Origin: Candidatus Latescibacterota bacterium
GTDB lineage: Bacteria > Latescibacterota > UBA2968 > UBA8231
Assembly (NCBI GenBank): GCA_965248355.1
Contig: OZ252098.1
Span: forward strand, 544,001 to 608,000
Direction of reading: 5' to 3'
Length of the DNA stretch: 64,000 bases
The stretch's first letter is position 1. The number at the start of each line of letters is the position of its first letter. The notes beneath the pieces were generated by a model. The model was not told where the DNA came from. It ran no database searches and saw only the letters and a list, made by a program, of their open reading frames with translations. Made by a program: the position numbers and the translations under genes. This document shows, piece after piece, positions 56,421 through 64,000 of this stretch.

Positions 56421-59400
56421 ATGAGAACCTTCCCATGGCCGATGTTCATCGGCGCATGCTTCGCCGCCGCCGCCCTGCTGCCCGGCTTCACGGCGCCGGC
56501 GCACGCGCAGCAGATCGTGGAGTTCGTGAGCAACACGGGGCAAAGTACAGGTAGCGATGGCACTTTGGAATTACGTAACGACGATTCCGGTGCTCAGGCG
56601 TTTACCACGGGCAGCAATCGAACGGGCTACGAACTGGAAAGTATCGTAGTGGTCATGGACGCCTTTCCAACTCCCGCACTGTGGACCGTGGCGGTAAAGT
56701 TGTGGTCCAGCACCGCAACCGGAGAGCCGGACAGCGAGTTATGCACCTTGACCAACCCGGCCACCCTGGGGGCGGGAGAACTGACCTTCACCAACAACAA
56801 CTGTGCCACGCTGGAAAGAGATACCCTATTCGTGGTCATGAGTGCTAATCTCAGCAGTAACCAGACTGCCCAACCCCCTGAGTGGGCGTTTACGACATCC
56901 GACAGCGAAGATTCCGGCGCCGACGCCGGGTGGACCATCAGTGATGATTCCTACTACCGCACTAGCAGTACCGGCCCTTGGATAGGGTCTGGCAGTTCGC
57001 TCAAAATCAAGGTCAACGGGGCGTACGCCAATAAGGACAGAGAGGCTTTGGTCGCGCTCTACAACGCGACCAACGGGGGCAGCTGGAGAAACGATAGCAA
57101 ATGGAACAGTACCGACCCCCTCGATGATTGGCACGGCGTCACCACCAATGCCGCCGGACGGGTGGACTCTCTGCATCTCCACGACCACTTCCTGTCGGGG
57201 TCGATCCCGGCGGCGTTGGGCGATTTGACCCACCTCGAATACCTGAATCTGGGCAAGAACGACAACCTGACGGGGTCGATCCCGGCGGATTTGGGCGACT
57301 TGACCAACCTCAAAAACCTGAATCTCTCTTTAAACGCCCACACGGGGTCGATCCCGGCGGATTTGGGCGACTTGACCAGCCTCGAAGAGCTGTCTCTTGC
57401 CAACAACAAGCTGACGGGGTCGATCCCGGCGGCGTTGGGCGACTTGACCAGCCTCGAAAAGCTGAATCTCTTCACCAACCAACTGTCGGGGTCGATCCCG
57501 GCGGCGTTGGGCGACTTGACCAACCTCACGCACCTGCATCTTGCCAACAACAAGCTGACGGGGTCGATCCCGGCGGCGTTGGGCGACTTGACCAGCCTCG
57601 AAGAGCTGTTTCTCTACACCAACCAACTGTCGGGGTCGATCCCGGCGGCGTTGGGCGATTTGGACTCCCTCAAATTCCTGTACCTCTATTTTAACTCCTT
57701 GTCTGGGCGGATCCCGGCGGCGTTGGGCGACTTGACCAGCCTCGAAGGGCTGGAGCTCAACAACAACTCCCTGACGGGGTGGATCCCGGCGTTGGGCGAG
57801 TTGACGAACCTGGAGAGCCTGGCTCTCAACAACAACTCCCTGACGGGGTCGATCCCGGCGGAGTTGGGCGACTTGACCAACCTCAAGTACCTGGCTCTCA
57901 GTTACAACTCCCTGACGGGGTCGATCCCGGCGGCGTTGGGCGACTTGACCGACCTCGAAGAGCTGTATCTCCACAACAACTCCCTGACGGGGTCGATCCC
58001 GGCGGTGTTTCTCAACTTGAGAAACCTCTCGAACCTGTATGTCGACAACGATCTGTGCGTGCCGGGGGATACCGCATTCCAGGAATGGCTTGAGGATTTT
58101 GAGGATATCTATGACTTCGAAGGCGACAGCGACAACATCTGCACCCCCCCGGTGGCGACGGATGACGACGTAGTGACCAACGAGGACACTCCCATCGTCA
58201 TTCGCGTGTTGGCCAACGACTCGGACGTGAACCCGAATACTATCCTCAGCGTGACCGCGGTGGGCACACCGAGGGCCCCGAGGACCGGCACCGCCGCGAT
58301 CACGGCGGGGTCAACGACTACGGTCACCTACACGCCCAACGCCAACTTCATCGGCACCGACACGTTCAGCTACACCGTCTCGGACGGGACCGACACCGAC
58401 ACCGGCACCGGCACGGTGACCGTGACGGTGAATGCGGTGAACGACCCGCCGCTGGCGACAGATGACGCCGCCAGCGTGGTTCAAAGCGGGTCGGTGAACA
58501 TCAACGTGATCGCGAACGACACCGATGTCGAGAACGACCCTCTTAGCGTGAGCAGGGTGGGCACACCGACGGCCCCGAGGGCCGGCACCGCCGCGATCAC
58601 GGCGGGGTCAACGACTACGGTCACCTACACGCCCAACCTCAACTTCATCGGCACCGACACGTTCAGCTACACCGTCTCGGACGGGACCGGCACCGCCACC
58701 GGTACGGTGCGGATCACGGTGACGGTCCCCCCAACCACCGTGCCGACCCCACCTCGGTTCCTGAAGGCAGTCGCCGGGGACGGCGCGGTGACACTGGTCT
58801 GGACGGCCCCGGCAAGCGACGGCGGCTCGGCGCTGCGCAGCTACCAGTACCGGCAGAAGCCGCAGAGCGGGTCCTTCGACGCTTGGACCGCCATCGCCGA
58901 CACCGCCTTCAGGCAGGAGCCGGCCACTCGATATACGGTTACGGGCCTGCGCAACGGCACGGCCTACACCTTCCAGGTGCGGGCGGTCAACGACCAAGGC
59001 CCCAGTTCCGCCTCCGGTCTGGCCCGGGCCACGCCGTTGATGGCGGCGCCGAGCGAGCTGACGGCGCGCGGCGTTGACGACGGGGTCCTGCTGACTTGGA
59101 CGCCCCCGGCAACCGCCAGTGAGGTCCGCAGCTATCAGTACCGGCAGAAGCCGCAGAGCGGGTCCTTCGGCGTCTGGACCGCCATCGCCGACACCGCCTT
59201 CAGGCAGGAGCCGGCCACTCGATATACGGTTACGGGCCTGCGCAACGGCACGGCCTACACCTTCCAGGTGCGGGGGGTGAGCGCGGGCGTCCCTGGAGCC
59301 GCTTCCAAGGAGGCGCGGGCCACTGCCGCCGTCACCGCCGGCATTTGCGGGCGCACCCCCGCCGTACGGGCCGCGCTTGTGGCGGCCCTTGCCGATGTTG

Positions 59401-60926
59401 GCGATTGCGCGGCGGTGACGCCCGCACATCTGTCGGCGCCTACGGGCCGGCTTGGGATTGGGGGGGCTGGCCTCCAGAGCTTGAAGCCGGGTGATTTCGC
59501 CGGGCTCACGGGGTTGACCCATCTCGACCTGCGTGGCAACGCCCTGACCGGGCTGCCTCCCGGCCTTTTCGAAGAGGTGCGCTCGCTGAGGCAGCTGGAC
59601 CTGCGCGACAATCAGCTGACGGTCTTCCCGTTTGCGGTGTTTGCGGCGTTGCCGGCGTTGACCGAGTTGCGCTTGGCCGGCAATCCCGCCTACCTCGCTT
59701 CGGTCTGGGTGGCGCCTTCGAGGCTGACGATAACAAGGGGCGACTCGGGGGTTTACCGGATGCGGCTGAACACCGCCCCGGACACCCCCGAGGTGACGGT
59801 CTCGGTGGCCGTGGACGGCGCTTTGGCGACGATCTCGCCGGTCGCGCTGACCTTCACGGGTTCGAACTGGTTCCGCTTGCAGCCGGTGGTGGTCCACCTG
59901 GCCGAGCATGAGGACGCTGAGCCGGTGACGCTCCGTCACACGGTGAGCGGCTACGGAGCCGTGGCGACGGCCCCTCCGGTGACGGTGACCCCCTTCGAGA
60001 TCGTCCCGGCGGCAAGGCAGTGGACCACCGAGACGGCGATCATCTCCACCCCGAGCGGGGGCACTTACGCGGTGGGCGAACGCATCGTGGCGACGGTGCG
60101 CTTCGGCGCTGCGGTGATGGTCGATACCTCGCAGGGGACGCCGACGATTCGCCTGAGCGTCGGGGGCGTGTCGCGACCGGCGTCGTATCGCGGCGGCTCG
60201 GGTACCCGGACGCTGATGTTCGTCTATCGGGTGGCGGCAGGCGACACCGGAGAGGTGGGTGTCGTTGAGGGGAGCCTGGCACTGAATGGCGGACGGATCG
60301 AGGGCCAGGACGCCACAACAGTAGAGGCCAGCGTGCTGGGCGCCGCGGTCCAAGGCTTGACCGTCGAGTTTGCCCGCTCCATCTCCGGCCGCCCGACCCC
60401 CTACGTCTGGAGCGCGGTCACCGACACCGCCGGGCACGTGGAACTGACCATCACCAGCGGCGAACGGCACCGCGTCAGCGGCTATTACAAGGCGCGCGCC
60501 CGCACCGCCGAGGGCGAGGTGGTGGGCCAGTGGAACAGCATCCCCCTCAACCGCGCCCGGCGCCAGTTTCTGGAACTGACCTTGGGCGGGGGGATGCGGG
60601 TGGTGGGGGTCGAACCATTCGCCGCGGCCAAGGCGGTGGCCGCTCCGACCCTCAGCGGCCTGGCGCCCAATGTGCCCAACCCCTTCAACAGCACCACGCA
60701 GATCGCCTACCGGTTAGCCCAGTCCGGCCCGGTGAGGCTGGAGCTCTACAATGTCTTGGGCCAGCGCCTGCGCACCTTGGTGGACCGGGTCCAGGCCGCC
60801 GGCACCTACCAGGTCGCTTGGGACGCCCGCGACCAGCGCGGGGCGGCGGTGGCGGCGGGCGTCTATATGGCCCGTCTACACTATCCCGGCGGCAGGCAGA
60901 CGCGGCGGCTGCTCTACCTCAAGTAG
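56421..60926 (+). CDS. Giant secreted modular protein: N-terminal beta domain, 12 plant-type LRRs, 2 cadherin-like Ig (Big_9), 2 FnIII, short typical LRR block, Ig domains, C-terminal FlgD/T9SS-like CTD
   Basis: AAGGAG RBS; signal ending APAHA; DREALVALYNAT.G..W cap; L.GSIP..LGDL..L..L.L..N repeats; ATDD...NED, FIGTDTFSYTVSDG; GLRNGTAYTFQVR; PNVPNPFNSTT...RRLLYLK. Confidence 0.88.
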   Translation: MRTFPWPMFIGACFAAAALLPGFTAPAHAQQIVEFVSNTGQSTGSDGTLELRNDDSGAQAFTTGSNRTGYELESIVVVMDAFPTPALWTVAVKLWSSTATGEPDSELCTLTNPATLGAGELTFTNNNCATLERDTLFVVMSANLSSNQTAQPPEWAFTTSDSEDSGADAGWTISDDSYYRTSSTGPWIGSGSSLKIKVNGAYANKDREALVALYNATNGGSWRNDSKWNSTDPLDDWHGVTTNAAGRVDSLHLHDHFLSGSIPAALGDLTHLEYLNLGKNDNLTGSIPADLGDLTNLKNLNLSLNAHTGSIPADLGDLTSLEELSLANNKLTGSIPAALGDLTSLEKLNLFTNQLSGSIPAALGDLTNLTHLHLANNKLTGSIPAALGDLTSLEELFLYTNQLSGSIPAALGDLDSLKFLYLYFNSLSGRIPAALGDLTSLEGLELNNNSLTGWIPALGELTNLESLALNNNSLTGSIPAELGDLTNLKYLALSYNSLTGSIPAALGDLTDLEELYLHNNSLTGSIPAVFLNLRNLSNLYVDNDLCVPGDTAFQEWLEDFEDIYDFEGDSDNICTPPVATDDDVVTNEDTPIVIRVLANDSDVNPNTILSVTAVGTPRAPRTGTAAITAGSTTTVTYTPNANFIGTDTFSYTVSDGTDTDTGTGTVTVTVNAVNDPPLATDDAASVVQSGSVNINVIANDTDVENDPLSVSRVGTPTAPRAGTAAITAGSTTTVTYTPNLNFIGTDTFSYTVSDGTGTATGTVRITVTVPPTTVPTPPRFLKAVAGDGAVTLVWTAPASDGGSALRSYQYRQKPQSGSFDAWTAIADTAFRQEPATRYTVTGLRNGTAYTFQVRAVNDQGPSSASGLARATPLMAAPSELTARGVDDGVLLTWTPPATASEVRSYQYRQKPQSGSFGVWTAIADTAFRQEPATRYTVTGLRNGTAYTFQVRGVSAGVPGAASKEARATAAVTAGICGRTPAVRAALVAALADVGDCAAVTPAHLSAPTGRLGIGGAGLQSLKPGDFAGLTGLTHLDLRGNALTGLPPGLFEEVRSLRQLDLRDNQLTVFPFAVFAALPALTELRLAGNPAYLASVWVAPSRLTITRGDSGVYRMRLNTAPDTPEVTVSVAVDGALATISPVALTFTGSNWFRLQPVVVHLAEHEDAEPVTLRHTVSGYGAVATAPPVTVTPFEIVPAARQWTTETAIISTPSGGTYAVGERIVATVRFGAAVMVDTSQGTPTIRLSVGGVSRPASYRGGSGTRTLMFVYRVAAGDTGEVGVVEGSLALNGGRIEGQDATTVEASVLGAAVQGLTVEFARSISGRPTPYVWSAVTDTAGHVELTITSGERHRVSGYYKARARTAEGEVVGQWNSIPLNRARRQFLELTLGGGMRVVGVEPFAAAKAVAAPTLSGLAPNVPNPFNSTTQIAYRLAQSGPVRLELYNVLGQRLRTLVDRVQAAGTYQVAWDARDQRGAAVAAGVYMARLHYPGGRQTRRLLYLK
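57192..58050 (+). repeat. Intragenic ~72-bp tandem repeat encoding LRRs
   Basis: Near-invariant CTGWCGGGGTCGATCCCGGCGGMKTTGGGCGAYTTGACC alternating with variable ~33-nt segments. Confidence 0.92.
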
Positions 60927-61008
60927 CCGGGAGAGTCTGAATCAGATGCAGGCACCTCGGCGTCGGCGTGGGTCAAGTGCCGCCTTGGAGACTGAGCAGG
61001 AGATCGAA

Positions 61009-62013
61009 ATGCCATTCCAAGACATACTGAGAGCCGTCCACTATCAGGACGTAGATCCCGGAACCCAGTGGATCAAGGACGCCGACATCGCCATCGATTC
61101 CGACGGGCCTCTCGATTCGGACCGCACCCTCACGCCGAACGTGGTCAAGATGGGAGACGGATACCGGATGTACTATCACGGCCTCGGGCCGGAGCGCCCA
61201 AACCCGGCTTCAAAGGGCTACATCCTGAGTGCCTTCTCCACCGATGCCGAGCACTGGGAGAAGGAGCCGGGTGTCAGGATGGATGCGGGCGGCGACGGCG
61301 CACAGCACTACATCTGGAGCCCGGACGTCATTCCTTTGGCGGATGGCCGCTACCGCATGTATTACGAAGGAAAGACAGAGAAGGAGGACGGCGCGGTCAA
61401 GGCCGCAATTGTGAGCTCCCTTTCCGACGACGGTCTGGTCTGGGAACGAGAGCCGGGCCTGCGCCTGGCTGGAGAGAGGGTCTCCTATCTGGCGCCTCGA
61501 TGCCTTCACCTCGACCCGGCCGCAGACAAAGGCGGCCCCCGCTTTCGCCTCTACGCCAGCGCCTATCCGTATCCGGACGTTTCGCGGCCAGGCGCTTTCA
61601 ACAACAGGAACATCGTCAGCGCAGTGTCAGAAGACGGCTTGGTGTTCGAGTTGGAGCCCGGCGTTCGCATACCGCAGGACCACGCTCTCGAAACCGTCGC
61701 CGTCTATGCCCCGGAGGTCCTGCGCCTGGGCGAGGGCGGCTTCCGGATGTACTACGCAGGCTGGACATCCGCTCCGGAGGTACTTCGTGGATCAAAGTAT
61801 CACGGCAGAATCTTCAGCGCGTTTTCCGGGGACGGTCTGCAGTGGGTCAAGGATCCGGGAATCTGCATTGACAATGGGGGACGATGGGACGCAGCCAAGG
61901 CCTCAGAGCCGTGCGTGATCGACCTTGCCGACGGCCGCTTCCGCATGTTCTACGAAGCCTGTGATCTCGACGGACGTTGGCGCATTGCCAGCGCGACCTC
62001 CAGGTGTGGATAG
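61009..62013 (+). CDS. Five-bladed beta-propeller protein (GH32/GH43-like superfamily)
   Basis: AGGAG RBS; repeated P.V....G.YRMYY.G...I.SA.S.DG..W..EPG blades. Confidence 0.7.
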   Translation: MPFQDILRAVHYQDVDPGTQWIKDADIAIDSDGPLDSDRTLTPNVVKMGDGYRMYYHGLGPERPNPASKGYILSAFSTDAEHWEKEPGVRMDAGGDGAQHYIWSPDVIPLADGRYRMYYEGKTEKEDGAVKAAIVSSLSDDGLVWEREPGLRLAGERVSYLAPRCLHLDPAADKGGPRFRLYASAYPYPDVSRPGAFNNRNIVSAVSEDGLVFELEPGVRIPQDHALETVAVYAPEVLRLGEGGFRMYYAGWTSAPEVLRGSKYHGRIFSAFSGDGLQWVKDPGICIDNGGRWDAAKASEPCVIDLADGRFRMFYEACDLDGRWRIASATSRCG

Positions 62014-62074
62014 CCCCTATATGCCCTCTGCAGGACGTCAACGGCGGGGTGAACAGCGTGCGCCGCGGCGTGAG

Positions 62075-63265
62075 TCAGCCGGGGCGCGACGGGATCGTGC
62101 GCAGCAGCGCCAGGAACCCTCCGGCCATCGATACGGCCGCCGCCAGGTAGAACACGGCGTCGAGGGAGGACGCCTGCGCCAGGTACCCCGAGGCGGCGGG
62201 GCCGGCGATCATTCCGGTGGCGTAGATCGCTTGGTAGACGCCCATCCCGGTGGCCCGGTCCTCCGGAGCGATGGCCCGCAGGCTCAGGGAGATGAGCACC
62301 GTGTTGGCCACGCCGCGGGCCAATCCGCCCAGCCCCTGCAGCGCCATGAGCGTCCACACCGACGTCGAGCACGGGACCAGGAGCATGCTCAGGCTCACGA
62401 GCACCGACGCCAGGAAGAGGGCGGACCGGTTGCCCAGGCCCGCGACGATGCGCGTCGTCGCCATGGTTCCGAGGACCTGGGCGAAGAGCATGGCCGTGGT
62501 CACGTACCCGACCTCGGCGTCGCTGGCGCCGAGGCGCTCGGCGTGGAGGGGCACGAAGCCGTAGCTGCCCCCGAAGGTGACGAACTGCGCGAGGATGCCG
62601 ATGCCGCCGGCGAGCAGCAGCAACGGAGTGCGCGCAACCCGCACGAAGGTCGCTGACGAGTAGGTGCCCCGGCGCCGGGATGCCGGTTCCCGGGCGGCCA
62701 GCATCAGCGCCATGCCCGCGACGCCGATGGCGGCGGCGGCGTAGAAGGCGGTCCCGGTCCCGAGGTGCTCGGAGATCAGTCCCCCGGCGAAGGTGGCGGC
62801 GAGCAGGCCGGTGGTGTTGATCGTCATCAGGCGCGACAGGGCGTGCAGGGTGCGGTGGGTCGGGTAGTAGGAGGAGAACAGGACGCTGATCACCACCCAC
62901 CCCGCGGCCCCGATGCCGACCACGGTCCTCGCCGCGAACAGGCTCCAGGGGTCGGGGGAGAGGGCCAGCCCGACGGCCCCCGCCGCGCAGCAGGCCAGGG
63001 CGCCGGCGGCGAAGGGCTTGCGGCGCCCGAGGATGTCGGCCGCGACCCCGATGGGGATGCGCAGCAGCAACTGGGCGATGGCGTAGGAGGCGACCACGAG
63101 GCCCACCATGGACAAGCTGGCGCCCAGCTCCTCGGCGTGCAGCGGCAGCACCGGCACGTAGAGATAGAGGGACAGCCAGAAGGCGAAGGTCCCGGCCCCC
63201 ACCAGAACCACGGACGGCCGGTCGAGGGGCGGATGCCGTTCCTGGTCGGCGGTGGAGGCTTCCAT
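62075..63265 (-). CDS. MFS transporter
   Basis: About 12 TMs; G..ADILGRRK loop motif; DRATGMGVYQ. Confidence 0.9.
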   Translation of the reverse strand: MEASTADQERHPPLDRPSVVLVGAGTFAFWLSLYLYVPVLPLHAEELGASLSMVGLVVASYAIAQLLLRIPIGVAADILGRRKPFAAGALACCAAGAVGLALSPDPWSLFAARTVVGIGAAGWVVISVLFSSYYPTHRTLHALSRLMTINTTGLLAATFAGGLISEHLGTGTAFYAAAAIGVAGMALMLAAREPASRRRGTYSSATFVRVARTPLLLLAGGIGILAQFVTFGGSYGFVPLHAERLGASDAEVGYVTTAMLFAQVLGTMATTRIVAGLGNRSALFLASVLVSLSMLLVPCSTSVWTLMALQGLGGLARGVANTVLISLSLRAIAPEDRATGMGVYQAIYATGMIAGPAASGYLAQASSLDAVFYLAAAVSMAGGFLALLRTIPSRPG

Positions 63266-63337
63266 CTCTCCTGGAATCCCGGTCGGTCCGCGCGGAAGCC
63301 GCCCGTCTACCGCGGGGGGCCGCCGCCTCGGTCGGCC

Positions 63338-64000
63338 TCAGTCCGGCAGCCGGTGCTCGTCCACGACCCGCATGTCCAGCTCCACCCCCAGGCCGGGCGC
63401 CCCGCTCACGGCGAGGCGGCCTCCGGCGATCCTCTCGGGCGGCTGGATCAGCTGCGCCCGCCAGGGCGTCTCCCCCCAGGCGTACTCGAGGATCAGGAAC
63501 TCGGGATGGGCGGCCATGGCCTGCACCGCGGCGGCGATGGCCACGGGGCCGAAGGGACCGTGGGGCGCCGTGGGGATTCCACGCGAGGCGGCCATGGCGG
63601 CCACCTGGTGCAGCTCGGAGAGGCCGCCCACGATGGTGACATCCGGCATGGCCACGTCGAGGGCGCGCCGGTGCAGGACCTCCCACCAGCCGCGGCAAAG
63701 GGCGCGGCTCTCGCCGCCGGCCACCGGCATCCCGCATCCGGCCTTCACCCGCTCGTAGCCGTCGTAATCGTCCTGGGGAAGGGGCTCCTCGAACCAGAAC
63801 AGGTCGAGATCGCCCAGGGCCTCGGCCGTCTCCAGGGCTCCCCGGGCCGTGAAGCGGGAGTGACAGTCCACGAGGACATCGACACCGGGCCCGATGGTGT
63901 CGCGCACCGCCCGCAGGCACTCGATGCCGGCGCCGGCGGGACCGACGCCGTCGAGGGCGGGAGGCAGGTGGTCGAAGGGGGCCAGTTTGACGGCGTCGTG
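63338..64000 (-). CDS. Mandelate racemase/enolase-superfamily acid-sugar dehydratase (5' part outside window)
   Basis: Frame open to window edge: AVKLAPFD, LVDCHSRF, WFEEP, AGGE, MPDV..VGGL, APHGP.GP, PGLGVELD. Confidence 0.88.
   Translation of the reverse strand, partial: HDAVKLAPFDHLPPALDGVGPAGAGIECLRAVRDTIGPGVDVLVDCHSRFTARGALETAEALGDLDLFWFEEPLPQDDYDGYERVKAGCGMPVAGGESRALCRGWWEVLHRRALDVAMPDVTIVGGLSELHQVAAMAASRGIPTAPHGPFGPVAIAAAVQAMAAHPEFLILEYAWGETPWRAQLIQPPERIAGGRLAVSGAPGLGVELDMRVVDEHRLPD

Noticed and set aside
57192-58050. CRISPR-like pattern of ~39-nt constant plus ~33-nt variable units
   Set aside because: Period is a multiple of 3 within an open frame encoding LRRs, the 'spacers' resemble each other, and no cas genes are present.
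58260-59274. Near-identical repeat pairs as diversity-generating retroelement TR/VR
   Set aside because: Both copies are in-frame domains of one gene, differences are not adenine-specific, and no reverse transcriptase is present.

Overview
High-GC bacterial window, most consistent with a diderm FCB-superphylum relative such as Ca. Latescibacterota or Gemmatimonadota, possibly a marine-invertebrate (sponge) symbiont. This is inferred from repeated FlgD/T9SS-like C-terminal domains, DUF6785-like membrane proteins, a CRTAC1 protein and a plant-type LRR/FnIII giant. All family names come from motif recognition by eye, not database searches. Left to right: (1) 3' part of an IS630 element; (2) two AGE-family epimerase paralogs around a 658-aa polytopic membrane protein; (3) a ~24 kb co-oriented envelope locus (5.9-30.4 kb) with two CTD-bearing secreted proteins, three tandem ~900-1050-aa paralogous predicted outer-membrane proteins with Ca-binding-type acidic repeats, a DUF4159 protein on a TonB-like stalk, ExbB-ExbD-ExbD', DUF4340, two TPR proteins, lipoproteins and a CsgG/FlgT-like protein. 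This is the best candidate for an undescribed proton-motive-force-driven outer-membrane transport or secretion machine. (4) A J-domain/YbjN/PspA operon joined to polyamine enzymes, DUF4178, DUF350 and a K+ channel; (5) a decayed DISARM-like locus (drmD/drmA 5' remnants) with an intact Phd-VapC module between diverged direct repeats; (6) CRTAC1 and sugar-acid genes (Ldh_2 family, uxuA); (7) a toxin-less TA remnant island; (8) DUF362-CTD protein, a second DUF6785-like protein and three amidohydrolases, one interrupted by an in-frame TGA followed by a hairpin; (9) an FnIII-CTD pseudogene, an AT-rich triple repeat and a ~1500-aa LRR-Ig-FnIII-CTD protein; (10) a beta-propeller protein, an MFS transporter and a partial enolase-superfamily dehydratase. 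No rRNA, tRNA or CRISPR array was seen.
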